DNA of 55,191 nt, the filler included, from Sphacelaria rigidula (taxonomy: Eukaryota), in NCBI GenBank assembly GCA_964200075.2. It is 6 parts of 6 records of this genome, joined end to end, with 100 filler letters (N's around TTAATTAATTAA, not from the genome) between each part and the next. Parts side by side here need not be neighbours in the genome. Positions count along the whole stretch, not along the records: positions 9,217 to 18,331 come from CAXNAA020009264.1; positions 18,432 to 27,546 come from CAXNAA020009265.1; 4 more parts are not named here. One strand, written 5' to 3'. The translations under genes and the position numbers were made by a program. Below the pieces are notes generated by a model. It was not told the DNA's origin, searched no databases, and was given only the letters and a program-made list of their open reading frames with translations. Of this stretch, positions 14,487 to 26,978 are shown piece after piece. Every line of letters starts with the position of its first letter. Position 1 is the stretch's first letter.

Positions 14487-14916
14487 AACACGGGATTTTA
14501 CGAATTGGGGATGGATCTTTTACTAGGGATGAAACCCGGAGGACTAAACTCCTCGTATCCACACCAGATCTTCGAAGTATGCTCCCATTTCTTGACTTGC
14601 TGGTAGTTATTGACAACGACTACACGCCATAGAAATTTGGATTTCGATAACCGACATGTCGGGGTCCTGGGTGAAAAACCACTTTCGGGGGATTTTAGGT
14701 GTCCGATCGGACGCCAAAACTGGTTTTTGACCTAGGACCCCGATATTTCGGTGATCGAAACCCAAATTTCTATGGCGTGTAGTCGTGGTTAATAGCTACC
14801 AGCAAGTGAAGAAATGGAAGCATGCTTCGAAGATTTGGTGTGGATACGAAGATTTTAGTCCTCCGGGTTTTCATCCCCAATTAAAGATCCATCCCCAATT
14901 TGTAAAATCCCGTGTT
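14487..14916. mobile_element. Fold-back/MITE-like element, about 430-bp imperfect palindrome
   Basis: Left arm AACACGGGATTTTAC...CTACACGCCATAGAAATTTGG is the reverse complement of right arm CCAAATTTCTATGGCGTGTAG...GTAAAATCCCGTGTT over about 195 bp. Flanked by GTGA on both sides (14483-86, 14917-20). Confidence 0.88.
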
Positions 14917-15169
14917 GTGAGCGGTACTGAAATTCTGGAGCTCTTATTAAGAAATTGACGAGAGTGAAGCATTCAGTGATGTACCCTTTATTAATAACGA
15001 AGGAACGCAAAATCAACACTTCGCGCTCATCCAGTTGAGCATTTGTTTGCCAGATCTTACTCTACAGTAGGATTCATACCGAGATGACACGCATGGATAC
15101 CTGTAATGCGTGAGAGGACCGCGTGCTTAGAGGACCGCATCGGAATTTGAACACCCCTATCGTTAGCCT

Positions 15170-15854
15170 TACGCGCGTGGAGCCCATGCGTGTTCAACTA
15201 AAACCTGGGGCCTCCGCGGCGAAGACGAAGCCGCGGCAGTACGATCCAGTAAAGTCGAGCTGGTTGGCGTTGTGCATGGCAGCTCTTTTGGCGCTTCGGT
15301 GGGTATTACGGAATTTGCAGACGGGGTGGTCCAGTCCAGATATGGCGTTTCCGAAGAAGGCTGCATCGTGGACGGAGGGCAGGCTGCAGGCGTGGGCGGC
15401 AGCGGAGGATCTGGTGGCTCATGCCGTGGCGCTGTTCCATCCTCGTCCTGATTGTCAGGTTTTCATGTTTCCGGAAGCATATGGGTGCCATTGGGGTAGT
15501 TTGGTCATACAGGTGCCTAAAGTTTAAATTCAAATGCCTGTGCGCGCTGTGGCTGCGTATGGTCCGTGTGATTCTGGAGCCTCGATGCCATCCAAATCTG
15601 TTGTCCGCCAAGCGCAACGGAAAGATCTTGGGGCCGAAGATGCGGATGTGCAATCTTTCGAGTCAAGCGTTGGTACTGCTATCTTGGACAATAAAGATAT
15701 GTTTCGTATGCATGTGGGTGGCCGAACCGTTTTGTGGATTCTGAGTTATGACAAGCAGTTGCAGGCACGTCTAATGGTTTGCGCGCACATACGCGACGCC
15801 GGGCATCGTGGTGTGGCTGCGACGCTCGTGCGCTTGCAAGAGTTTTGTGTCTAG
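15170..15854 (+). mobile_element. Ty3/Gypsy LTR-retrotransposon pol relic with large internal deletions
   Basis: RT N-terminus (PMRVQLKPGA..KTKPRQY...WSSP.MAFPKK) joined in frame to the RT/RNase H connection (W.....AW...DLVAHAVALFHP....MFPEA..HWG). Then the integrase Zn-binding segment (LMVCAHIRDAGHRGVAATL.RL). Confidence 0.85.
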
Positions 15855-18267
15855 CAGGGGTACAAGTATATGATTTCCGTCGTTGAAAGCGTGAGGACGT
15901 CAATAGCAAGGAGAGCTTGACTAGGTTTGTTTGACGAAAGTTCACGTGGTGCAGGAATGCCGATCCCGTATAGAAGGAGAGATGGGTCGATCCCTTGAGA
16001 TCACGGCGAGCGCAGATGTGGACCTCTTTTGCCTTTGAACCTATCGACAGGGTCGCAAATGGGAGTGCATTCTGTTGGAAAATGTCCGTGAGCATGTCCA
16101 GTGCAGTAGCAAAGGCTGGTGCTGGTGGCCGTTACACCAACCGAACAGGCACTGCATCAGGGGGGTAGGTAGAAGGTGGTGTTGAAAGGCACCCTTGCGG
16201 GCAAGAAGATCTTAGAGCAACCCAACATGATGTACAGTCTGTAGAAGAGTACATGTCGCAGGTCGCGCTACTCGAGACAAAAATGCCGATGACAGTTCCG
16301 CGACGATCTGCTACGCTATGTCGCCTCTCATTGTCCACTTCACATGTATGCTATACAAAGATGCTGTCGTAATTTCCACCTGATTCCACGCAGCACACCA
16401 CACACGTGGACAGATACTGTAGCACTCTGTAGGACGTGCTGCACAGGGTTCTTCACAGTCTTTGCGAGCACTCCTGTCCGACATTTGCAGACCCTAGTAC
16501 CTCTACCAGCATTTTGTAAAGCGTTTTTCTCGACACACTGTGAGCGACCCTGTAAGCAACCCTGTGAAGAGGCACTCCCAATTTGAAAATTCCAAATTAC
16601 TTTGTTACAAAATCTGTACAATTATTTGTTCAGAGAAGCTCTTCGAAATACATCTTATTTTTGCCCGATTTGGGATATTGGGCAAATATATATATATATA
16701 TATCATTTTGAAGATTGGCCAAAACAGGATTTATTTCGAATAGCTTCTTCTGCTGTACATATTCCATACACACTGGCAGATTTGGAATTTGAACAGGAGA
16801 AGCTGCTCGAAATAAATCCTCACTCTGCCCGCCAATCCATCCAGAAAATGGGCAAAACGAGAACTTATTGCGAACAACCTCAGCCGTGCAAGTCCCACAT
16901 ACTGCACTGTAGTCAGCGGATGGCATTCGAGACGCGGAAAAAGTTGTCAAATTGTTTTCCTCTTGCCCCCCAATTCATATATCGGTTGGGCCAAAGAATA
17001 GAATTATTTCAACACCTTTCGCTGTACGCAAATCCCACACAGTGCTTACGAATGTATGTCCACACGGCTGTGCTCTGAAGTATCACGCGTTCGTTGCAGC
17101 TGTGGTAGTAGTGAGATACCGGTATATGCCTCGCAGATATACCCACAGAGCTAATAAAAACCTCGTCGTCCAATGTCTACCGAAACAGACCCATGTATGA
17201 TTTTTTAGATTAAAAACGCGAAAACATTTTATCGCGGTTTATACTAGAGCTAAATACTTTGATGGGGATATAATCACAACAATAAACTGTATACCGGACC
17301 GTACAATACCATGTAGTACAGGACCATACCGTGCTTACACGTCAGGTGCTGTATACTGCAGAGTTAGCGCGGCATATTCGCCACGTATGGCTACGCAATG
17401 TGGATGCCGCAGCTTATTTTGATATATAGGGATGTTTTATACCGTCAGGAACTGCAGTTTACACGCGCGTGTTCTTCCAGCATATACTGTATGCGCACAC
17501 TTATAACTGCAGCACAGTAAGTAGGACGTGAAAGGGAAGCGGGGGAACTACAGTACAGATAACGCAGGACTATATCTGTTCCCTACCGCCTGCAGTGCGA
17601 CGTGAAAAGGATTTGAACAACGTACAGCTTCATGGTACGGCCTGCACTGCTCATGATGAGTATGCATGCAATGATAAGCTGCGGTTATTCCCCGCACCTT
17701 GCTATACCCCGCGTGGTTCCGTTGCCGCACGCGATGCCGCGACCATAAAATAAGGTGCTCAAGTTTCCACCGACAAGAAGTACATGATACCCAACCACGG
17801 CAGTGTGTATTTATATACCTGTGCACAACTCGTGCTCTTTGCTGCAGTGTTGTGCGGTGGTAACTGGGAGCAAGTGTTCTTGGGTTTGCATGGTTCGATC
17901 TATGAACGACGGGTGGTACGTATCTAGGGTTGTGGTCTATACTGTAATATACAAGATTGCTGGGGTCCCAAAGGTCGAAGTTTAGAGGTAAATTTACACC
18001 CTGGCGCCTGCCTGGAGAGTCGTGTTTCCCCAAATTTCTCCAGAGGCACTCTGAGTAGAATTTTGTGCTCATGGAAATCATTTTTCTACCTGTTAGACCA
18101 TATATAAAGTTATGTTTGATATCCATTACAAGTACAGAAGTACAAAAATTCACAAGCGCGAGTTCGTGGCCGGCCACTACATATCGCAACTGCTTTTTTC
18201 TACCCGTACTGTGCCCGTGCTGTAATATTGAATGTGCGTTAAAATGCTGTATATATTTATATTGTCA

Positions 18268-18269
<2 letters not shown>

Positions 18270-18331
<62 letters not shown>
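18270..18331. repeat. (TTA)n microsatellite
   Basis: About 20 perfect TTA units running into the spacer. Confidence 0.95.
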
Positions 18332-18431
18332 NNNNNNNNNNNNNNNNNNNNNNNNNNNNNNNNNNNNNNNNNNNNTTAATTAATTAANNNNNNNNNNNNN
18401 NNNNNNNNNNNNNNNNNNNNNNNNNNNNNNN
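18332..18431. other. Artificial spacer
   Basis: N44-TTAATTAATTAA-N44. Confidence 0.99.
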
Positions 18432-18552
18432 TAATGTGTCTGGTAAGGAATATCAGGGACGGTATTGGAAAGGCGAGCCTACATCTATGACCACGGGTTC
18501 GCGAGATCGGACTAATGTGCAGAAATAATAATATTAATAATAATAATAATAA
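18432..18552 (+). mobile_element. Non-LTR retroposon 3' end with (TAA)n tail
   Basis: Second copy of 6610-6722. Confidence 0.7.
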
Positions 18553-19423
18553 CAGAAAGTTTGCCAATCGGGCAAAACACGCCTGCAGGGGGTGATGTAA
18601 CCGTTTTGTTTTGATTGGCTCAAGTGATCGTGGTGGTCCCCTACGAATTTCCCTGTATCACCCGTTTGGCGATGAAGGTAGTTGTGGCCATCCCTGTAAC
18701 ATGCACTTCACCTCATTGTTGAATCGCACAAAAACGAAATTTTTCTCACTCTGTGCGCTGTCTTTGCAACCTGCCTGCCTCCTCTTGTGCTATCAAAGTA
18801 ACTGTGAACACTGTTCTGTGCAACACCAAACAGAGATAGAAACAGCATGCAGCAAACTCTGCTATGGAGAGCGATGGCACGCCGATTCTTTTGTACCCTT
18901 ACATTCCGCCGCTGATGCAAAAGATTTGCGTGTACAGTACAGTAGTAGTGCGTACAGTGGAGTACATTGAACTGATCTGATCTTGATTGATTGTAGCGTT
19001 GACCCCCAAGTAATCCAAACATCGTCACATAATGGACGTATCCAAGGTTGACGAAACGGAAACGGTTGCTGAAGGAAACAAGTGAAGACATCAAAAACCC
19101 GCTCTTGGCAGCATCTGTGGAGTGCCCAAGCACAGGCGCCTTTGATGTAGCGGCAGCCGTCCCGCAGCTCCCTTGAAGACGTTTAGTTGACCGGATTCTG
19201 TGTAGTACGGAATGAACACCAAGACGCGCGAAAGTTGACATCGAAACGGGCGTATTTCCGTACCGTTTACATTGTTTTGATTGTGTCATGGCCACTGAGA
19301 ACACCGGTTCTAATTCAGCTCTGGTTGGATCGAACCCGAAAAGTAAACTGTGCTCAGTCAACCGATAGCCTACCGTTCGGTGCGTTAATGTTGCATCGCG
19401 AGCGGTAAAGCTCGTACGACGTA

Positions 19424-20052
19424 CTTCCTCTGTCACATAAGTTAGGACTGAATTTTGGCGCAGATCGTATCTTTTCAACGGAGACACCTACGATGCTATA
19501 ATTAGTTTCATCATGAACATATTTTTTACAGCTAACTGATGCAAAAAAAAAAGATTTGCGAGTTTATTATATCTCAAAGTATGGGCCAAAAAGTCCCCAA
19601 AATTGGCCAATTTCGGCGACATTTCGATAATGTTTTTGATAACGTTTTTGAGAATTTAGTGTGAGCACACCGGGGTATCCGCGCGGTAGAGGGCGGGAAC
19701 GTTGGAAAGGACGGTCAAGTACGACATGGAGGCCTTCACAAAGGCTTGGGGCTATCTGGCATCAAGCACGAGTGATGGAGAGGATGGTCAACGATTTATT
19801 TATTTTTTCATGTTTTTTTTCCTTTTTCGGCACTTTTTTATTCGTGGAAAAGGGGTAAAAAACGGCCTTTTTTGGGCCAACTTCTTTTCTTCTGGCCGCT
19901 ACTCCACCTGGAGTGATGCGAATTGAAAAAAAAAAAACATTGTATTTAACTAAAAAAACGCCAAGGAATCCAATAAAAGAAACGAAAACAGCATCGGAGA
20001 CCGTGAAGGACGTCTGTGAAAAACTCGGCCCTAACTTATGTGACAGAGGAAG
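19424..20052. mobile_element. Tc1/mariner-type (Stowaway-like) MITE
   Basis: Perfect 23-bp TIR CTTCCTCTGTCACATAAGTTAGG / CCTAACTTATGTGACAGAGGAAG with TA on both flanks. Confidence 0.9.
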
Positions 20053-20862
20053 TATTGTAGGTGCGGTACTGTGCGCTTCCTCCCTTCATGTCCCTAGCCG
20101 CGCCAGTTGGTGTCTGCAAAGCCGCCATGGTCCCGCTTACGTTTCGGTTTGCCTGCCTGTTTATTTTGTTGAAACACCAGGCCAAAAAATTGATTAATAG
20201 TTGAGAAGATTTCTTGCCTGCCAATCGCCGGTCCACCAGGGTTTTGTTTTCGGAGTTGGTCAGAAAGTTGGGTCCCAAATTTGGTTCAAGACACGGCCGG
20301 AACGCCCATGTCAATTTAGTGCCCACTTACGTTCATATAAAGCATTCTCCAAGAACCTCACGGAACTGTCAGCGGACGAAAACTTGCAATAGACTGCATT
20401 TTCGGGGGGGTGTTCGTCGTGGAAGAACTGTGAGTAGGGCTTTTACTCTGCGCAGGACTCCACCGCAAGCATTTGTGAAGATACCTACACGTATCAGCTG
20501 CTTGGGGTAACACGTTGGCTGGGCGAGCAAGAATTGGCATGGGTTTTACACGCGTCTATTTCGCTTCAACGTGGTGTATCTGAGGAACACACATGATTAT
20601 TGTCATTTTCTGATTCCGTCTGTCGGCGCGCGCCTTTTTTTGGTCGTGTAGCGGCTATCCTGGTGGCTGAGTCGCCCTTGACCAAACAATGTGCAGACTT
20701 CTCCCTGTCCTGTCCCCTCCCTCGTATCTGACCTTTTGCTGAGCAAGCTTGAGCTTATGAAGTGGAATCTCTGAAGTGCACAGCAATCCCTCCCACATGC
20801 ACATGATTTGTATTAAAAAAATCGGACGACTCTCCCTTTCCTCCCCCCTCCTCCCGTCGAAG

Positions 20863-21124
20863 GTATCCCGGAGGTGATGACTATTCACAGCAGGAGCAAT
20901 GGACGGAAAACCAATACCCCTACGGAGAAGGAGACGCGGGAGAGGGGGGCTATGCATTCTCCGCCCCCCCTCCCCCACCGCCGCCGCCAGAGCAATGGCA
21001 GGGAGGTCGACAGGGCGGGGACGAGCCGCCCAGGCGACGTAGCAAGAGAAAGACGCGAAAAGGGGGTGGAGGAGGGGATGGAGGTGGTGAAGACGGCAGT
21101 ATGGACGACTTGGATTTTGACGAG
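20863..21124 (+). CDS. Unknown membrane protein, first visible exon (Gly/Pro/acidic low-complexity region)
   Basis: Pyrimidine tract + AAG acceptor. Reads YPGGDDYSQQEQW...PPPPPPPPEQW...RRRSKRKTRK...MDDLDFDE, then GTAGGG donor (phase 0). Confidence 0.7.
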
Positions 21125-21810
21125 GTAGGGATAAGGGGGGGGGGGTATGGGCGGGTATCGCTACGCATCGCGCTTTTGTTTTAATCACGGAAATCAGCAT
21201 AAGTCTCGATATTTGTTGATGGCTCTACCTTATGTTGATTTGCCGTTCTGGTGGATTGCTATTGCTGCGCTACAGCTTGCCGAAGTAAGTGCAGGGTAGT
21301 ATGCTGTTGTGCCCGGTCTCTACCGACCGCTTCTGGACACATCACATCTCTGAGCCCTTAACAAAACAACCACAAGGGCGGGCAGCTGTTGATATTGTGA
21401 GATCAGGAGAATGATCGGATGAAAAGATGTGGAAATCAGATGGTTGGATAGGAGCAGATGAAAAGGCGGGAGAAGAAAATATTTCAACGCACATGATTCG
21501 CGTGACGTTTGAACGAACACCGGGTGTATGCTCAGCGAAAGCCCAATTGAATCCAAACTGAAAATAGTGCACTTGAGCTAAAGCTTTGGTCAACGACGTG
21601 CTGAACGAATTCATTCATTTACAGGTTTTCAGTTTTCAGTTTTGTCTCGGGTACATGTATCATGTGGATAATGACCACGGCTGGATCATGACTCATGGGA
21701 GATGAGGTAAAGTGCGAGAACCAATCAATCAAATCGATGAATCAACATGACAAGGGATGTAAAGCTCAACAAAAAATTAAGGCTGCACTTGAGAACGGTA
21801 CTGTATTTCC

Positions 21811-22191
21811 TAGGGCTCGGAAATGGTTTGTATAACCATTAACCAGTTAAATGGTACATAATGGTTTGGTCATCGGGGGCGCAACCGTAAGCCAAAAAGC
21901 TCTCCCCGGCAGAAAAGGCCCAGCCGGAGGCGCCCCCGGAGGGCCGCAGTGGAGGCGCCGTGCCGGAGGCACGTTTTCACGAAATATGGCTTCACTAGAG
22001 CTAAAAAACACGAAAAAGTTTGGCCAATTTTCAAGTGCTGTATGTAGCGCAGGTAGCCGGTAATAACTTCTAAAGCCGGTAACGGTATATAATGGTTTGA
22101 AACCATTATCCAAAATTTTCATGTAACCGTCACCATTATTACCATCATAATGATAATGGCCAGTTATAACTGGTACCATTTCCGAGCTCTA
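21811..22191. mobile_element. hAT-type MITE with 8-bp TSD
   Basis: TIR TAGGGCTCGGAAATGGT / ACCATTTCCGAGCTCTA. Perfect TSD GTATTTCC at 21803-21810 and 22192-22199. Lies in an intron. Confidence 0.92.
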
Positions 22192-22704
22192 GTATTTCCG
22201 CAACATGACGGTCGGGACGGTCGGTTACGGGAATATTTTTCCCGATATCGTTTCCTTCCATTCGCCGTTTCACGTGTGTCGGTAGAAGACCGTGCAAGCA
22301 TTCGACGATTGGGCGAGGCACACTTTCTGAGTACCACCCGAACGACATGAACACAATTTCCCCCTGACCGCGACGCTTGTTGTCATAACCAAGATGTGCT
22401 CTACGGTCGTCAGTTGCACTCGTCAATTTTCTGGTGAGCTTACATCCACTGCAATTAATACATGAACGAGTTCATCAGAAGGTATACCTCGCCCAATCGC
22501 CGTGTGCTTGCACGACCCTCCAACACAACAGAAATGGCCACGGCAATGACTACTTTTTGTGGGTATACCTGACCTGCGTGCTCGCTCTGGCGTACGTACG
22601 GGTTACTTATTGTGTGTCATGTTCCATCGCACCCGCCCGTTTCGTACGTCTCGACAGATTCTCCGGTACCACCCCGCCCCCCTCGGTTTTTATTTTCTCC
22701 TGCC

Positions 22705-22895
22705 TTATAGTAGAGATAGGCCAAGAATTTCACGCCGACCTGAATTTTTGGAAGTGGGTGATTGAGGCCAAACTCTTGCAGCATGGTGAACCTCTGAGCG
22801 CACCCTGCTACTCCATGGTAAAGCGACCCGCCCACCGACACTACCTCTCGGACGCAAGCTTCGAAGCCGTAGGCGGCTAATGCCCAGAGAAGAGA
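22705..22895 (+). mobile_element. DIRS/Ngaro-like (tyrosine-recombinase retrotransposon) RNase H fragment
   Basis: EFHADLNFWKW...RHYLSDASFEAVGG*CPE resembles the DL.WW ... [TS]DAS..G.G signature at the start of DIRS-class RNase H. In-frame stop; intronic. Confidence 0.6.
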
Positions 22896-23069
22896 ACACA
22901 CTGGAGATACGATCTACCACGGGAACGTACGGCAAAACTCAAAAGAAAAGCTCAACTTCGCGAAACCTGCACGATCACCATTAACCTAACTTCCTGTTCG
23001 GGTTTTTTTTTTTCGCTGTGCTTGTTGCTTCATTCGTCCATCCCTGCCGCCCGACAAAACTTTGAGTAG

Positions 23070-23189
23070 GACGGCCAACCTATGGGCTTGGATCTTGTGC
23101 AAGAGACAATGCGTTCGTTTAAGGGAAAGCTTCTGCTTTCAGGAAGCTCGTCAGTCGCTGGAGCAGGACTCGGAGCTATAATCAGCCAG
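23070..23189 (+). CDS. Unknown membrane protein, exon
   Basis: TAG acceptor, GTGGGT donor, 120 nt, phase 0-0. DGQPMGLDLVQETMRSFKGKLLLSGSSSVAGAGLGAIISQ. Confidence 0.85.
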
Positions 23190-23646
23190 GTGGGTGCGCT
23201 TCACGTCAGTGATGTTGAGGCTTCAATGCTCTCTCTCTGGCCTCATTCCATCGAAAAAAGTGGCTGAACGGTAAACGATACTCGGTAGAGGTCGCACCAA
23301 TCGGCTACCCAGGCTATCCCCCACGCGCCTTCCCCATGTACCTCACAAGCTGTCCTACTGCCCATATGGAAGCTCTCTCCGCTCCCCGCCCCCTCACCGC
23401 CTAGCACAGGTCGATGAGCATAAATGTAATACGGGCCGTGCCTTTGTCATCTGGCTCTGCGCCTCGATCATTGTTCCGTGTCCCCATCTTCTGGTGACAC
23501 CCTTCGAACAACAACGATGAGGAGTTCATAAGAGCAGACAAGACGACAAACATGGACAATACCCTCGGCCCCCCTCCCCCGCCCACACCTAAAACGCCGC
23601 GGCTACCACCTTCGCTGCCGCCGCTGCCTAAACAAATGAACAAAAG

Positions 23647-23967
23647 TCTACCATCCAACGGACGCCGCTGATGTCACTGGTGGGCTTGGCTCTGGGATTG
23701 GTGCTCAGCGTAGCGAAGGGGGCGTTCGGCGATCTGTTCAGGGCACTGGGACTCGCCCTGGTCCTCGCTCTGCGCCGCAGCCAACGCCTCTCGGCAGAGT
23801 ATCCGCTGTTGCCTTATGTCAAGCGAGCCCTTGTCATGGCCCCGCGGCGGCCGTTTCCCCCCGCAGAGAATCCATGGAAGTACAAAAGAGAGGAGGCGTT
23901 GCGCGAGGCGGAGGAGTTGGGGATGGCGGATGACAAGTTTTTGCCGGCGGAATTCAGTATGGCTAAG
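23647..23967 (+). CDS. Unknown membrane protein, exon
   Basis: AAG acceptor, GTGCGT donor, 321 nt, phase 0-0, GC-rich codon usage. STIQRTPLMSLVGLALGLVLSVAKGAFGDLFRALGLALV...RRPFPPAENPWKY...FSMAK. Confidence 0.9.
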
Positions 23968-25566
23968 GTGCGTTCTGGAGAGGGCGGAAGGGGGGGGGGG
24001 GGGGGATGAGCTTTGGTGTAGCACAAACCTGGTCGTCAAGTTGCGTGGTGTTACATGTTTGATGAATAACAAATGGCAACGTTCAGTTTCCGCCTGATAT
24101 CGCAAAATAGAATTGACGAGGTAATTTATGCAACTATTGTTCATCCGGCTTTATGGAGCACCTGGCTTTTACCTTCACCAGCGACCATAACAGCCCGTTC
24201 GCGGGTGATCGTTATCAGGTACCAGATATGTGATCAGCTTGACATGCAACGTGCGTGTATGCATGTATGTGCAGGTGGTCAACGTTTGGAAGTTACGTGC
24301 AGATCGCGGCGGAGACATTTTATAAAGTGTGTATTTGTTGAAAGTACAGCCTAGTGCAGCTCAGTACCTTACAGAGCAGGAGAGGACAGTGCAACATTTC
24401 ACCACCGCGATAGGCAGACTTATAGACGTGGCACGCGGTATGATGCAAATGCAAAAACGATGTGTGTTGGGGATAGTCATCCCACAGGAAGCACCTTGTC
24501 CGTGATCACGCCATCCCTGTCGCTACTGTCATCTGCTGGCCACTCAAGCCAGGATGGTCTGGATAGGTAGCCAAAGTAGGCTGTGTCGTTATGTCATCAA
24601 TCGGGATGTGTCGTCACAAACGGATCGTCCGCTTTTTTGCCGCAAGTACAGTATAACAGCGGTTGCTCCAAGGCTAGTTACTGGCAACAGTCACAAATAT
24701 CGTAGATGGCCGTCACGCTGCCACCGCCGGCTGCCCGGGGTTGGGGTAAGATGTGTTCGACCCCACCTCACGATTGCGGCGTATATAAGAGTATATCCAC
24801 AAGGCACCAGAGGACCACCACTACGGTAGTACAGCGCCACTTGTCAGTCGTTTTCATCGCGACTGTACAGTGTGTGTGTGTGTGTAACGCTCTCGCCGGG
24901 TGCTGCTGGTGGTGACTGTATACTCGGAGGGCATTACTGGGTGAGGGTGTACTTCTGATTGCTCTGCGGTTGTTACTGTACTGACGCGCGTTGCACTTGT
25001 GTGCATGTAGGAGAGACATCAAGCATGATAAAATATGCGCCTGTCATTTCCGAGCCTTCCACGGGTGCGCCGGCCTCACGATCCCGCTTTATCGCGAAAA
25101 TTATTTTTAGCTAAACTAGGAAGATATCAACCATACCTGCATAAAAGAAAAGATCCGTTCGAAGTCGTCAGCGTAAAGCCGTTCAGTTCCGAAAAGGTTA
25201 GTGAAGGTTTATGGATGCCTGTGTAATCGTAATGATGGAAATGTGACGGTTTTTTTAAGCTGGTGAAAACATACACACAAGATTGTTTTGCTTCCCGCCA
25301 ATAAAAGAACCCACCAATCCAATCACTGAAGGCACAGCAGGAGGAGTCAAGCCAAGCCTATCACGACCCTGTCTCCCAGCGACCCTCTCAACTCCCGCAT
25401 CGCTCCGTCCTTTTCCCTGGACGCGTGATGAATGACGACGCAACAGCGGACGATACGCAAAGCGTGAGACATGATTACCTCCCTACTCCGCCCCCTCGCC
25501 TCTTCGCCTTCCCCATTTCGCCCCCGCGTACCTCTGATGCAATTACCGTTGGCCCCTTGGGGGTAG

Positions 25567-25694
25567 TCTGTGCTCGCCAATGCATTCCTCGGAGGATTTG
25601 CTGGGTATCTGGTGTCACAGTTCGTGTTTCTGCCGACGTTCTTGCTGGCACTCGGCGGCTGTGGTGTCTTGGCTTACATGGCCACCGCTCGGAA
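25567..25694 (+). CDS. Unknown membrane protein, exon (frame not in ORF track)
   Basis: TAG acceptor, GTGAGT donor, 128 nt, phase 0-2. SVLANAFLGGFAGYLVSQFVFLPTFLLALGGCGVLAYMATAR(N). Confidence 0.88.
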
Positions 25695-25943
25695 GTGAGT
25701 AGTTGGTTCATATCTCTGGTTCAAGTTTGAATAAAAGAGCAGCTTCTACGCGTATGGTATTCATTTTTTTATTAATCTGGTTTATCTCTATTAAAATATC
25801 TATTTCTCGGGATTGGTAACAGATGTTCGTCCGGTAGAGTATTTTTGTTGATTTTTTCGTTCGAAATTTACTTTACATTGTTCTCTCTCCTTTGCCTTCT
25901 TCACAATTTCTTACCCCTTATCGAGTTTCCTTTCGCAAGTTTA

Positions 25944-26003
25944 TCATCATTATTATCATGATCATGATCATTATCATTATTATCATTATCATGAGTATCA
26001 TTC
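25944..26003. repeat. Degenerate (ATC/ATT)n microsatellite
   Basis: TCATCATTATTATCATGATCATGATCATTATCATTATTATC... Confidence 0.7.
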
Positions 26004-26978
26004 ACCTTGGGTGGGTCTATACCGTGACCACAGCTGGATTCTGAGCGAATCAATGTACAAAAATCGATCAATTTGCCACAAAGATCAGCAAAGGACAACG
26101 CACCCTCCCGCCATGACAAGAGGTAGCTTCAAGTGCTTAGTTCTCACTCGCGGGTTTGAATGCTGCCCCGATCACCGCGATAGGGAAAACGAAGAAAACG
26201 GAAGACTTTCGGCGGGAACTGTAGAATACCAATATTGGTGGGGCTTCAGCAATTGTAGGATTGACAAACTGTGAGTACGAACTCATCGTCTGCCGTGACT
26301 GTCGGTGTGGTCACTTGAAACATGCCAAATATTTGTGAAAAAAAAATGGAAACTATCCTCACCGCTATTAATAGTGTACCTGGCGGGAAAGTTCACCTCT
26401 ACAACCCCTCTCTCGGTACAAATACCGTGAGGGAGGGTGATTGCTCAGTTCAGGAGGTGACGTGAAGGCTACCCTCATTCGTAGGGGGGGTGCAATGCAG
26501 GAAGTGTTCGTAGAGGATAACCTGCCTCTTGAAAATAAAGCTCGTCTCTCGGGGTGTACAATAGAGGACGTGGGTGGCTGTCACAGCCTTTAATCAAAAT
26601 AATGTACAGCCCGGTTTTGCTCATTCCGTCCGTTTTTTGCCTCCGAGATGCGTGTGCAGTACTCACATCGCTTCTGGAGAGAGAATCGCAGTGAATGACG
26701 GGGGTGGCACGGGTATAGATGAGCGCGACTCTTTCATAAACAAATAGGCGGTCGGCCAGCGTGAAAACGCCCCCCCCTTTTTTCGTTTGTTGAGGGTACA
26801 GCGCTGCTTCACGGGAAGTAGCACTCGACGTGAAAAGCACGCGTGGAGGCACCTGAGACTGCTTGTGTTCGTGTGTCCGTCGTCATTGAAATATGACCAT
26901 GCACACACACCCAGCAATTGATCTCCCTGTTGTTTTCTGTTTTTGTTGTCGTCGTTCTCGTTCTCGTTTTTCGTGCAG

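Noticed and set aside
17548-19487. Long minus-strand ORFs of 213 aa and 259 aa
   Set aside because: No recognisable motifs or codon bias. The 259-aa ORF begins inside a MITE.
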